Source: Balanoglossus misakiensis
Lineage: Eukaryota; Animalia; Hemichordata
Direction of reading: 5' to 3'
Assembly (NCBI GenBank): GCA_040954595.2
Contig: CM082583.2
Location: forward strand, 10,305,656 to 10,369,655
Length of the DNA stretch: 64,000 nucleotides
Of the stretch, positions 12,251 to 26,578 are shown one piece after another; the stretch's first letter is position 1, and each line of letters begins with the position of its first letter. The notes beneath the pieces were generated by a model. That model worked only from the letters and a program-made list of their open reading frames with translations, searched no databases and was not told the origin of the DNA. The position numbers and the translations under genes are program-made.

Positions 12251-13502
12251 GATTGGCGATTTTATCATTTTTGGACGTTTTTCATCGGTTAATTTTGCGT
12301 TAATTTTTACTTACCCCCAACATTTACGTTTGGTGAAGTTTCGATCTCCGAAACCAGTATTTAATTAATTGTATAGTGGATTTAACAGATCTTCATGATT
12401 TATATTGCAAAATCTCAACTACAGGGGGTGGCATGATGGAAAAGAACGTGAATAACACGGCAATCTGGCAGAGTGCAGAAAACGACTTGAAAATCTCCGA
12501 AATTAAAATCTGACTTCTCGATACAAAGGTCTTTCCATTTCTATGCCGTATCAATATTCTGTTCCCATGGGTACATTACTGACGGAGAAACACGCCTAGC
12601 CAGTAATCCAAATCTTAGTTCTCCATTCAAACCAAACGTTATTGATGGAATCCTTACAGAATAAGGTATTGTAGACGGCTTCATTGCCATGCTCTGTGTT
12701 CGCGCATGTCAGAATTATACCCTCCGGATTACATCCCTCTTTGCCATCCAATTTCTGCAGACTGCAGAATCACTTCGAATGCAGTGCTTCGTCAATTCTT
12801 AGCACCGCCGATGTTCCCGAAAATCCGCGGTTAAATTTTCATGGGAACTTGAAGGTTTATCGTTAATCATTGTGCCGATACAGGTAAGGAAATATTCATG
12901 TCTACACCTTTGCCGTTTCTGTATCCTCTGGCGTTTTATTTAGTTCTAGGCCTTCAGAACAGATCAAGTCGACCGTCATAACCTCTTTGTACCCAAAATA
13001 TCAACCGAGTCCAACGCTTTCAACCGCACGCGAACACGGTATTCTTGCACTGTTGGGTGAAAAATTGACTTTTTTCGAACGTCCGTGTAAAATGCATGTC
13101 ACGTGACCACTGTTTTAAAGAATGGTTGTGTATACCGGGGCAGTACACTATCGGGTTCCGGGTTCCACTATAACGGGGCTTTAGGAGAATATACTGTGGG
13201 GTTTAGGACTCCGATAATTGGCAGGAAACTGAAGGATCTGTTTTGTATGTAGCATCCTTAATTGGCGTCATCATTATAAAAACGTCGTGACCTAGGCACG
13301 TGAATCGGTGTCACGTTCACGCGGGTACTATGGTTACAGTACATTACACTCCTTTCACTGTTCAGTGCGTGATACATACACTGACCGGTTGCATAATCTG
13401 CTCTTCTGCTGGGAATTTCATTGGTCTCTCCAGAGAATCATATTTGACTACTGGTATTCATAGCAACAACCGCTCATCTGTTTCTATCCAGAATCTCCAA
13501 AA

Positions 13503-16500
13503 ATGGCCGGGGATACCGCGCTTGGAGACGGTCTGAACGTCAGCGACTTTCTTTCTAACCACAGCGGAAACGTCGCAGGTAATCCCAGCTGGAGAGTGCT
13601 GAACAGCACCTCCGCCTTACCTGATGTCTACCACCACGTCATCGTGGAGACCGTCCACACAGGTTGGGACGATGCGACTTGGATTCTGACAAACGCGTTC
13701 ATCATATTCACCATGCAGTCAGGATTCGGCCTACTGGAATCTGGGATCGTGTCGAGAAAGAGCGAAGTCAACATCATGGTGAAAAACGCCGTGGACGTTC
13801 TATTCGGGGGAGTTTCATACTGGGCCTTTGGCTACGGACTGACCTTCGGTACGGACAAAGGCTCGAATGGTTTCTATGGCGTCGGTCACTTCTTCGTGGA
13901 CGCGACTGACGACGACATGGGTCGTGTATACTCAGATTTCTTTTTCCACACTTCGTTCGCGACCACGGCAACCACCATCGTCAGCGGCGCGATGGCAGAG
14001 CGGACGAAACTAGAAGCCTACATCGTCTTTTCTTTCCTGAACACCTGCGTGTACTGCTTTCCCGCGCACTGGCTTTGGGCCGAGAACGGCTGGCTGAAGA
14101 CACTCGGCGCTGTAGACATCGCCGGCTCCGGAGCCGTTCACCTGATTGGCGGAATGTCCGGCCTCGCAGCGACCATCATGCTGAAACCGCGAATCGGAAG
14201 ATTCGACGAAGGTAACGAGCCCCCGCGGCCTGGCTCGCCCACAAATGCCCTGTTCGGCATGTTCATGTTATGGTAAGACATTATCATTAACAAGTTTTAA
14301 AAAAAAGAGAGATTTAGGGATTTAGGGACCGTGAACCTGAAAGGCCAAGCCTCCGTCTCAGAAATTATGGTAATAGCTGGAGGTACGATTTTGAGTACAT
14401 TGCTCTCACATGTCACTTCTATTTCATTCATTCATTCATTCATTCATTCATTCATTCATTCATTCATTCATTCATTCATTCATTCATTCATTCATTCATT
14501 CATTCATTCATTCATTCATTCATTCATTCATTCATCCATCCATCCATCCATCCATACATCCATCCATTCAGTCAGTCACAGTCAGCCGCCCTCTATTCTT
14601 TCGTGTTCTTCCCCGTGCAACCAAAACCCCAGGGACGGATAAGCGACCTAATAACAAAAATATGCCAAACATACAAAAAGTTACCATTTTGAAGTTAGGC
14701 ATAACAGACGACAACAGAGAGAAAATGTCAAAGATTTTAAATCAGGAAGATGGAAGTGTAATATGTCTTACAAATGTGGGCGCTAACACTCTCGTATACT
14801 CACTCTGAAACACTGATAAACTGTCGAGGCAATATTTCTGTCGGCAACAAATCATCTTAAAAGCACTGTGTTTTCCACGGATTTTTTCAAAGTGGATCAG
14901 CGACGTTTTGGTTAGCTGAAATAGGCTCTGGAATTATTTTCACAGAAGAAATCTCTTAAAATGAGGTCTCGGGTTTACATTGTGCTTCATTATTGCAGTC
15001 ATTTACTATATTTTTTAATTCGACCGTTTCTGTGTATGTTTCGATAATTACCCGACAGTCCGATCCTTAATTACAATAACAATTCATTATTCTCGATGGG
15101 AAAGTTTATAATTATGATGACAAATCTCACTAACGCAAATGTTTGTTTTTTATTATGCAGACGTTGTGCATTCATTATTTTTCATCCTCAATAACACATA
15201 GATTTCTTGTACTAGTGCAGTAACTGTAATAGACACTTTATTTCAGTGAGTTTAATGACGTAATTAAACATTGTAAATGAATAGACACATACAATGAGGC
15301 ATTAGTCAAGAAAGAGTTGCATTAATACCGTTTCCATGTTGTTATCGACATCTGCGAATCAATTTGCTGATTGGAAAGTGTGTCCATGCTTCTTCTCACA
15401 GGTGGGGCTGGCTGGGTTTCAACTGCGGAAGCACCTACGGCATTACTGGCGGGAAATGGAAACTCGCGGCCAGGTAACACTGTCTGTCTGTCTGTGGGTC
15501 AGTCATAACAATACATTTTCAATAATTATTTGCGTCATTTGGTATAGATTTCGCGAAAACCTGCCGTATAAGTTTGTATTTTCTTGGTTTGGTCAACTGA
15601 ATTTTCAACGCCGAAGTACCATAGCCTAATATATGGTCTCTCGAAAACTAAAATATCGTTGGTTCCAAATTCAAATAGATTGTACAGAATGTTTTCTTCC
15701 TTAAGAAGCGATACAGAAGCGATAACCTTACAAAGATCGACACACCGCTGTCAACTTACAGGTGATGACATTTATGGAGGCATGATGTAAATGTCATGCT
15801 GTTGTTACCCTTGGCATATATTGCACCGTTGACGTTCAACAAAGAAACTGCCAATGGCGTCAGCAGTTTCCGCGAGGAATCGCCATCATTTATGATTGCA
15901 CAGTGCTGGCCAATTATATCGATGAAGAATTTCACGCTTTCGGTGAACAGGGAAAATACGCGGGAAACGGGCTTGCTTCATCGATGTAATTTCGTTTTAC
16001 AGACACACAGAAAGAGCCTAAATTCCATGCAGGTATTGACAACGAAAGAGCAATTGTTGTGTGCATATTGCGTTTTGCTTCACTGCTCATCCAGGAATAA
16101 GTGTCAGTACGTAGTTATCTGTAGAAAGTAATAAGCTAGTCTTATTGCATGCAATTGCCTGTATAGGATATAGTCAGCTCTATTCGCGGTTGGGGGTCCC
16201 CCAGAGGCATGAATCTGATGTCCCCCTTGTCTATTGCAAAAACGAGTCGTTTATTAGGCAACTTCTCATCGCAGACACTCACTGATATATGAATATGACA
16301 ACAGTTCATTGAAATTTCTCTTCAAAGATCTTTGCAAACTGTGCTCATCGCTGCAATGATTTGTCTGAAGAGAAATAAAATGTCTTTAATATAGACTTTT
16401 AATGCAGCGTTCTATAGATTTGTAACAAATTTTAACCGCAATCTTCTTGGCCAATACATATCAAACATATGTATTAATGGAAAGCATTTCGATGAAAAAA

Positions 16501-19023
16501 ATCATTCTAAACCTATATAGCATCACAATTTTTATTACCTGAAGGGTTTGTTCTGGGTTTTAGGAAAAATACTTGAAAAAGCATAATTCTCCCTGCGTTG
16601 ATAACGATAACAGTCGGGCGCCGCCATGCGTACGAGTAGCGTATCACGAGATACTTCAGTGGCAAAATTGTGCGATATACTTATGGACGAATATTATACA
16701 TATGGTATCCCCATTAAGACGTATTTAAGTGAACCGTTTCAATTCTTCTTTTTTCCTCTTTTGCAACAGATCAGCAGTGTCCACCATAACATCGTCAATA
16801 GGCGGAGGCACAATGGCGATATTTCTAAGGTAAGCGCACAGATACCTGGCCGATTTACCTAACAATTCGGACTAACGCCTTCCGCCTTTGGGGTTTCAGT
16901 TCGTCATGGCATGATGGCGACTTCACTGCAACACAACCGGCCATGCCACGGTCACTTTTACAGTACTATGTACCCGGGCTCCCCAGTATCGAATGCAATT
17001 GGAAGGTTCTTTTGACAGTATCAAGTCTCGGACACCTGCAATCAGAGAATAATACTTCGGACTTTATTGCCAACTAGGATTGAGTACCAGCTAAGACAAA
17101 CACAATACTGGAACAGCCTATTACAAAATTCGCAGGCTTTTATAATAGGTCTAAAGCGCGGGAAAGTCTTTGTTATTCAAATTAACACCTTTTACTTTTA
17201 CATGGGCGAAGGAATTTTCAAGATTGCAAACTGTCAGAGTGCACAATCTCGCTTGAGATTGGTCCATTAGATCTCAAACATGATTGGTACATGGTCGATT
17301 CTAAATCCTGATTTTGCATCAAGCTCGATACATTTCAGCCAAGCTGTAGAAATCTATGTAAAGTCAGTCACGATACCCAGCATACAACTTGTCACGTATT
17401 AGTGCAACGTGTTAATTCATCACACCCTCCCCGTGTACCTCTCTGACAGCAAACATACGATGTTCAAATCAATATGTGTACACTACATTTTTACCGCAAA
17501 TTACACCACTCGACACACTGTTCAACAAGCTAGCTGGTATTAAAATGAAACTGTATAAAAGACGAACCGTTTTGATTAAGACGTCTTCCGTTATCATTCC
17601 TAGCACGTATTTTTATGATTGTATGAACTTCAAGGTGACGTCCGCTCTTGTAATACTGCATGGTGTCTACAATCATCGCAATTAATATCAGCCGCAGCAA
17701 TTAGAAAACTGCATCTGACAGGATTCTTCGACTCTATATCGATCTGTAATTTCACTGGGTTTTAATCAAAGGAAGGCCATTTTCGCCCATTAGGGTAAAT
17801 TACTTTTAATAGCAGTAAGAAATCATGCATGGGGAATTAATTGTCTGCCAATGGTTGATAATTACTGCAGCACGACCACATGGGGTGGCTGATGATGTCG
17901 CCGCGTTGCAATTACGATGTAACCGCTTCACTGCACGATCCAGAATTTGTATCAGATTTATTACTTGAATCAACCCAAACTAACAAAAAATTATCATTTC
18001 CCAGTTACGTTACAAAGAGACGCAAATTTGACATCACTTACCTAATTAATGGTGTACTCGGAGCCTTGGTGTCAATCACAGGTAATTCCACGACTATTAT
18101 TGGTTACTGCTACACTGGGCGTTTCCGCTAACATCTGACGAAATAGAAGTTGACCAATTGTGTTTTTTCGATTTACATGATTAACATTTAGGACATACGT
18201 TAAGTCTTATTGTGGTATACTTCGGTTGTGTTTTCCAGCCCTCTGTTCCTTATCCCAGCCGTGGCAAGGCTTTCTAATCGGGGCAATCGGCGCTGTCATT
18301 TCGTGTTTTGGCGTTGGGCTGATGGAGAGACTGAAGATCGATGACCCCGTGGGAGTGGTTCCGGTTCACGCTTTGGCGGGAATCTGGGGCCTTCTCGCCG
18401 TCGGTTTTTTCGTGCAGAAGGATATGATTGACAACGTCACACCGCACGATGGTGAGCACTGTTTGGCTAAAGATCCCCCATTGCTGTCGGATAATTCTTC
18501 TCAGTAAACCCCGAGTTCACGTCATCGACAGGAGTGATTAGGCCTACTCACGAGTAATTCTTTTTTTCTTTACATTTTAGGTCTATTTTACGGTGGTGGG
18601 TGGTATATGCTTGGCGTGCAGGCACTGGCAGTGTGTTCTATCACAGTCTGGACTCTGGCCATATCCTTTGTACTTTTGAAAATACTTGATTTGACCATCG
18701 GTATCCGCGTACCCCTGCACGAAGAGCTACTCGGTCCAGACCTGGTCGAGCACTCGGTGAACGGCAGCTACGACAAGTCTACGGGCGCCCTCGTCGGGCT
18801 GGAAGGAGAGCTGTTGCACCTAGTCCGCGCCGACGGTGACCATAACGACGACCTCGATCGATTATCGCAGGTTGTTAGGTTTGGGCCGATGTTCTCTCTG
18901 TTAGAAAAATACAATATACGGATTGTGAGAGACAATGCGAACGTTGCAAGGAAGAAAGCAGAATCGTCCGAGGCGGGTAAATCTTCAAGTTGTGAAGACG
19001 TCGATGCTAACGAAAAGGTATAA
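13503..19023 (+). CDS. amt: Ammonium transporter (Amt/Mep family) paralog 1, 6 coding exons, 544 aa
   Basis: Exons 13503-14272, 15402-15473, 16770-16829, 18005-18081, 18239-18451, 18581-19023; all introns GT-AG and frame-consistent (1635 nt). Amt motifs: [69 protein letters not shown]. Confidence 0.95.
14423..14578. repeat. Compound microsatellite (ATTC)n-(ATCC)n in intron 1 of Amt paralog 1
   Basis: Long run of TTCA units grading into TCCA units, visible directly. Confidence 0.95.
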
Positions 19024-20894
19024 ACAGAGAAGCGGAAAGAAAGCGTGCAATCACATTCTATATCAGAAATAATAAACGACAACACCGTAATTGTGAAATA
19101 TTTGAACTTGGGTTGTTTTCGTGGCTAATATATTTTCCACTTCGTAGAATTTGAGTCGCTCTCCCTTCGCAAAAATGTAAGATGAAACAGCGACAAATAT
19201 CACAGCTTAGGTTAACGAACCAATTGAGGCGCCTGGGGATTGGGTTCGTATAGCAAGGGTTGCACCGACACAATTTCACAGAATTTTTTCTCTTGTTTCC
19301 GAGAACGTGTTTCATTTCCTGAGCACTGCCTGCTGCGCGTCCGCTGTACACCCATTCAAAGATTGGTTCAGTTGTTACACGACGCCCAAGAAATGCATAG
19401 AAAATCGAGGGAAATGATGCCGCAGGGCTTTGTGCGCGAAAGAGTGTGTTGTGTGTGCAGCCTCGGCACGACACATATTGACTCGCTCGTACATTTTGTT
19501 CGGCGTAGACAAGCATCCGCGATTACGTGATGTGCGCTCCAGACAAGCTTCTAGTTTTACAGTTACGAAATCGCGAGGAAACGCTGGGAGATTTTCCTGT
19601 AGAGGTTGAGAAAAAAACTCTTGCGTCAGTCTGGAAGAGGATGTCTGTGATCATTTTCCCATTATCCGTTTAGCGTTTGAAGAAACAGTTTCTTTTAAAG
19701 AAGGGCGATTTCCTCTTCGGAAAATAAATTGAAGGAATATTTACAGGATGTGCCTGGAATCTCTTTTTAGGATACGTTTCTTGTTCTAAACATATTATGA
19801 GATAACAAAAGTCACAAAAAAACTTTCACTGGATATGGCGCAATAGAATGGGACAACTTTAACAGCACCAACACAGTTTGTGATCAATTTCCTATAGTTG
19901 TAATCTAAGTAGACTTATAACCGAGAAACAAGAGCGTACGTGTCTAATATTCATTGGTGAAATTTTTTGAGCAGAGCTTTGATTTTCAGTCTACCAAAGC
20001 ACAGTGTATTGATTTTTTTGCATAAATATCACAAGCTGGCAGATTTATTATCTTCTGTATCTTTAGTTACAACAAAACCACCACGCTTATTTTTAGAGGA
20101 GTTATGTGATCGATGTGCCGTATACCTTGTATTTTCCATGTATTTTGCTCGGCAGCTCTCTGCAATTTTTCTGGTTTAATTTGCAAATGGTGACCGATTA
20201 CATCTCGCCTACAGTTCATGTAAATAGTGGAAGCTCCTTAGCCACTCAATGAAAGAAACCCGCGAAATGTTCTGTAGAGGCCATCTACTTCTTTGCAATA
20301 TGTATTTCAAATCACAATGCATATTTATCCAAAGAACTTCGGTGCCCCTGGGCCCAGTGTTTCCTCCCTTCGCCGCATTACCCAAATTATTTCTTATGAA
20401 GAAGGCCGCCCTGCCTGAGCAGTCGTTTACCTATCTCATTTGCATTCCGTTTACTTTTCAAGTCACTCAACTCTATGGTTATAGTTTCCAAGACACTAGG
20501 CGCCATTGCCGTTTTGGGAAAGTGAAAGTGAAGAAAACGATTTCGTGTGCCATGTCGGCTGTTTCGTAATGGGTTTGAGACAATTGAAAAGGTGTTTTCT
20601 CGTGAATTTATACCTCTAACATGTATACGTGACGGTTTGGGTAGACGCATGCAGCGATGTGACATGTTAGCCTGGTGATTGTTCGAGTGCTTTGTCTTGG
20701 CAGTCTCACCCACTCGTGCTTACAGTGAAGAATTGTGCCAGCTGCAGTGACTACGTTTGTTGCACAGGAAGGCATCTTCAGGGAAACAAATCTGTCGCAC
20801 AAGACCCAGATCACGTGCACAATGAGCGGGGAGGCTTCGTGGAAGTAGGCCTACAGCTGAGTGACAAATCTTCCGTCTTCTTGAGAAGTAAACA

Positions 20895-23800
20895 ATGTCG
20901 GTCATCACGGTGCGCCCAGCTAACGGGTCGTGGAACGGCAGCATGAATTTGACGGAGCTGATCGGCTCGACCGAAATGTACGACCGAGTCATCGAGCGAC
21001 ACGCGATCAGCGGCTGGGACGACGCCACCTGGATACTCACCAGCGCGTTCATAATTTTCACCATGCAGTCCGGGTTTGGATTGCTTGAGTCGGGCTCAGT
21101 AACTAGGAAAAATGAGGTTAACATCATGGTAAAGAACATAGTCGATGTCTTATTCGGGGGAATATCCTACTGGGCGTTCGGGTACGGGCTGAGCTTTGGT
21201 GACGGGCCGAGGTCGAACTCGTTTGTCGGTGTTGGAAAATTCTTCTTAGACGCCAATGACGAAAACATGGGTACCGTGTTCTCCGATTTTTTCTTTCACA
21301 CATCCTTCGCCACCACCTCGACGACGATCGTCAGCGGCGCCATGGCGGAGAGAACCAAGCTGGAGAGCTACATCGTGTTTTCTTTCACCAACACCTTCAT
21401 CTATTGTCTGCCCGCTCACTGGTTGTTGGCGCCAAACGGTTGGCTGAAGGCTCTGGGTGTGGTCGACATCGCTGGCGCTGGAAGTGTCCACCTCATTGGC
21501 GGCATGACGGGGTTGGTAGCAACGCTCATCTTAAAACCGCGCACGGGAAGATTCGATGACAAGAAAAGTAGTCCTGCCATGGGGTCACCGACCAACGCCA
21601 TTTTTGGCATGTTCATGTTATGGTATGTTAAAATGTACTCTATATTAGTCGTTGTTTCATTTGCAAAAAAACTTTCAACATTTTATAGTCCAGAAAGGTT
21701 TGGAGAGAACTATAACTTTTCAAAAATTCTCTTCCCGAGGCGCGTACTAAAGATATCCCGGATACTACTGGAAATCTAGCCAATCACAGATTTGTTTACG
21801 TAAGTGGTTATATAAATAATGCGCCACCACTGGCACATAGTCATTACTGCGGGTTTAAATCTGACCAGAATATAGCCTTCGGATTTTAAATAAGAACCAT
21901 ATTACCGTCCTAGCATAAATATAATATTTTCTCCAATACGGCAGTGTTTTCCTTGTGATTTTGTTGTTTGTCTTCCAGGTGGGGTTGGCTTGGATTTAAT
22001 TGCGGAAGCACGTTTGGTATCACTGGCGGCAAATGGAAATTGGCCGCAAGGTTAGTTTGAGATTTTACCCGATACGGTACAGTTGAGGGCCGTTAGAAAC
22101 CAAAAAACGACGGCCTACTTCGTCGTTTCTTGCCACATTTTCAAAACAAATCCCGAACACCCCTTCAATTAATCTCAAACGACTCATTTTCCCCTTTCCT
22201 CGCCATGTTCACCACTCACCATATCCGTACTAAGTATGCAATAGACCCGCAAACGAGCCGTTGTATCTACTGTCTTTGAGTTCCGTACAGTTGCGATAAC
22301 ATGTAGAAGGTATCTCCCCTTTTAACTAGAAAGTGCATTTCTCATTGCAGGTCTGCGGTGGCAACTATCACGGCATCAATCGGCGGGGGAGTTGTCGGCA
22401 TTTCGCTGAGGTATTGTAAAAATATCTTCATTTTACCTCGGAAACCATAACGCAAAATAAGACCAACGTACAGAACGAAGAGTTGACATGTTGTCATGTA
22501 TTTCAACTTGTGCCACAATCTCGAGACGCCATCTTGTTTACCCATGTGAACTGTTTTGTGTTTGTCTTTGCACCTTGCCATGGAAATGTACTCGGCATTT
22601 TTAAGTCTATGGATGGGTGTGATGGCAATGATAACAAAATACTATCGGTTTTGTGTTCATCGCTTGTCTTAAAGCAATCGTTTTCATCGATTCACGGAGT
22701 ATTCCTCGCTGGCTCTGTGAATTTTAAGTCGATAGAGTGAAATATATCTGACTTGTTTAGCAGCAAATATGCAATATATAACGAAATAAAATGCCGCTAT
22801 AAATTGCCAAGGAAAATAATACAGATGAGCCATGGCGATAAATAACAGAACCGTCAGATGCGCAATATACTAGTAGATACAAATCAGTCAGTGACTGTGG
22901 TCAGCCAATTCATAGAATGCAACTATAACCGTGTTTTTTTTCTGACATGTGGGCCAGAGGCCTTCAAACGCAATACACTCTATTCCAGATTCTATATTCG
23001 AAACAAATTTTCTGACGATTATTCAATGATACCGTCGTCTGCTGTTTCGTTCTGCAGGGCAATAGGACGGCGCATCGATCGCGCTCGCCTTGTCTCCATG
23101 GCAGCAAAGCATCAATTAATCACGAAGCAGACATGTCGGCTTTGTGTAAATAAAAATATCTCGCGCCAAGCAAAATACAGCCGCGATAGTAAAGTTTAAT
23201 ATTCATACTGCACGAAATTTTAGCTGGCTTCAAAAGATAAAGGTTTCGACCGATCAATATACTGACATTAAGTGAGAAATGCTTTCTTCCAAAGTTTGAA
23301 TGTCGGAAAATGAGTCATTGCAAAAAAAAATCATTTTCGCGACAAACATCACGAATTCTTAAAGTTGCTACTCATATGTAGTTGTTCTGATTCTCGTTCT
23401 GTTCTGACAATTAATAATCGCAGATATTTTGAAGAAGCCAGCCGCTTCGGGAAACGTTAATCAGTTAATAGCGTGGGCGAACAGTTTCAGCTGGGAAATG
23501 TAGTCCGAGTCCATTTTTATCCACAGATCTATCAAGACACACTTCAGTTCACAGAATTTGCCCTAGTGTCTTATATTTTGTGTTTGTGTACTTATCATTA
23601 AAATGAGTAAAAACAATATGTTTAGCGGAATCTTGACTGGCGGGGTTTGCATCGAAGGGTGTCCCAAAGGTAAAAACGACGTCATCTTTTCTCCCGCTTC
23701 TCAAGTACCCGGATGTTGAACTGCAACCACTTCAACTCGACAATTCGTTGCTACTGATTTTTAGTAAAATCACTGACATTGCCCGTGTAACGACGGAAAT

Positions 23801-26578
23801 TTTAATTTATCTATTAAGGAATTTAATCGTTGTAATCGCTATTATTTGTATTTTTTCATGTGTTCAGTTATTTGACCAAACGTCGGGTCTTTGATATAGG
23901 GTATTTGACCAATGGAGTCTTATCATCTCTGGTCTCGATAACAGGTTAGTTCAACTCGGAGCAAATATGATTGTTATTGTGTTTGTGTTTGTGGCGTAGT
24001 TTATAGGTAGATAGTTTATTTTTTTTATTTTGCATGTGTGTGAAGAATATAGAAACATTGCTTTGAACGTATTGTGTCTACCTATGAGCTGGTTATTAGA
24101 ATGTGCGATTGCACGCATGCGTGTTTGTGGGGAGGCACGGTCATTGAAAATTGAATCGTGTTCCGTCAGTTACGGGGGCCAACATTTTAGAGGCGGGTAA
24201 TTGCTCTTACCTGTAAATTTGAGATGACGTGTGCACGTGCATGGATGTTCTCTTTGTTAAGGATAATTATGTCACTTTGGGGAAAAATATCTCAGAAACC
24301 CCTTGTCCAGAGTATAGACATGTTCTCTGGAACAATATTGTACTATGGGGTAATTTTGTCATTTTAGGTTTTAAGGTTTATTTGTCAGAAACTGTTCTCC
24401 GGTAGCTTTGAAATATGGTTTTCAGGATCCTAGTGTCATCCTCATTACGATAAGCCAACATCATGTTTAAAAACATCAATGTTGTAGTTTGGGTCAATTT
24501 TTCCTATTTTGATGAAAAATCTCGATTTTTTAAATTGCTAGTGCAATATCTTTAAAAATTTGTTTGTATGATCCGGGGGGTATTTTGTTATGATAGATGA
24601 AATGTATGACAAACTATAGAAATAAACGTCCCCTTGGGCAAATTTTGTCATTTTCAATCAACTAAGGTATTTTGATCGAAAAGTCGATTTCTCAGAAATC
24701 GCTTGCCCGATTTCTTAAAACTTGGTTTGCCCAAGGGTATTCTTGTTATGATGTATAAAATGTATGACACCTTGATCAACTGACATGTTTTCAGGAATCA
24801 CTATCTAGTTGCATGTGACCTTGGTTTGCGACAGAGGTCATAAAAACGCTTTCCATATCATCAGATTTATTCATTTATTCTCTCGTAAATTTGAACTCGA
24901 TCAGTATGTGTCCAATTCACACATCAATACAATCGTAGTACAATTATGATCAAATGCGAACGCAGTGTCCTTGGCGCTATGTGTCTGGACTCCGCGCATT
25001 TCTGTACAGGAACTGGCCTCCGAGTCATCGCATGAGGCGAATACGGTTCACGGTCTCTCGCGGAGAGTATTTGTGACCCCGCGGTGTTAGTCTCGGTTAC
25101 CCAGACTCCTCTGTTTCTTTCGCTGCGCTCCAGAAAGAGAGTCTGTGGAAATACCACTGAACAATCTTCGAGCAAAGATGGCCGACTCGAGGCAAAAGCG
25201 ATGCATGATGGTCGACATCATATAATTTGATATGACGCTATTATAAAACTACAGTACTTACCAAACCTCTTTCTCTCGCTCTTCACTTTGTGGACAGTTT
25301 CAGCAAGTCCAGCACTTCTCAGCCTGTCATGTTTTTTTATGCTTGAGGCTGCCAACCATCATGCGTCGCCTTTGCCCCGAGTCGGCCATCTTTGCTCGGC
25401 GAGTTTTCTGTAGGATTTCCCCAGACCCTCTTTCTGTAGCGCAGCGGAAGAAACAGAGACTAACCTTGGTATATATTCATTTGCATGACGTGCTATCTCG
25501 TTCCATATGCTCTATTGTTGCAGCCATGTGTGCTATGGCACACCCGTGGCAGGGCTTCATGATTGGTAGCGTCGGCGCGCTCATCGCCTGTCTTGGTTGT
25601 GAACTGACAGCCAAGTTGAAGATAGACGACCCGGTGGGAGTGGTGCCGGTTCACGCAATGGCCTCGACATGGGGTATGCTATCAGTGGGACTCTGCGGCC
25701 GGGTGGACCCGCTCGAAGACATATCGAGACACAATGGTGAGCCGTGTTGTAATGTGTCCGGTCAATAGGTGTGTACTATCCACATGGCCATTGCAATCAA
25801 CAAGTGTTTGTTGCCTTAGTGGAGAACAGTTTGAACATTTGTAGTGTCATAATAAAGGTTACCACATGTATATTGTTAGTGTGTAATAAACTGTAAAAAT
25901 GTCAACATACCAATTTTAATTGATTTTGTTAATACCCTACTTTTTATATCATTTTATTTTTCAGGTCTGTTTTATGGCGGCGGATGGTATTTACTAGGGG
26001 TGCAACTCCTAGCCGTAGTGGCCGTCACCGCGTGGACTTTAGTCACCGCTTTTCTGATGCTAAAAGCACTGGACGTCACCATTGGTTTGCGAGTGCCTGT
26101 GCACGAGGAAATTCTGGGTGCAGACCTGGTCGAACACAACCTGTACGGCTCGTACGAGAAAAGCAGCCGTGAGCTGAGCGGTCCGGGCGGCGATGTCGTC
26201 CACGTTGTCAAACAGGACGGCGACAAGGCGTACAACAGCAGCTTGCGCCGGGTCTCTCAGTTGGTCTCCGTGGGAATGCCGTACTCGCTGGTCGCGGTGT
26301 CCTCAGTGCTCAAACTGGACAACGTGGCCGAAGGGGAGCCGGAAAGCGCCGATGGACAGGACGAGTTTGACGTTGGTGGCGATACCAAAGATGGTGGCAA
26401 TGCTCGTCGAGTGGGCTCTGCCGAACCAATCAGCGATAGCGATATGAGCTTCATATCTCAAGGAGCTGATTCCCGTTTAAATTCACCCGCACACCCTAAC
26501 GTGCCCACTCCTAATGCCCGTTCTAAAAGAAACACCGGCAATGGAGCAGCCATTTCACATTCTGTTTGCGGACTCTAA
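20895..26578 (+). CDS. amt: Ammonium transporter (Amt family) paralog 2, 6 coding exons, about 587 aa
   Basis: Exons 20895-21622, 21979-22050, 22351-22410, 23868-23944, 25524-25736, 25965-26578; GT-AG, in frame (1764 nt). Same Amt motifs and the same internal exon sizes as paralog 1. The start codon could instead be the next in-frame ATG (MNLTEL). Confidence 0.94.
25086..25464. mobile_element. Non-autonomous fold-back / MITE-like element with long imperfect inverted arms, in intron 4 of Amt paralog 2
   Basis: The ends GTTAGTCTC and GAGACTAAC are reverse complements. The arm at about 25108-25217 (CTCTGTTTCTTTCGCTGCGCTCCAGAAAGAG...CGAGCAAAGATGGCCGACTCG...) matches the reverse complement of about 25350-25458. 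No ORF with transposase features. Confidence 0.7.

Noticed and set aside
14331-14808. ORFs with (HSFI)n repeats
   Set aside because: Translations of the intronic (ATTC)n microsatellite.
24270-24790. Degenerate internally repetitive segment in Amt paralog 2 intron 4 (for example TTGTTATGAT...AAATGTATGACA twice)
   Set aside because: Probably an old dispersed repeat, but I cannot define its boundaries, termini or family by eye.
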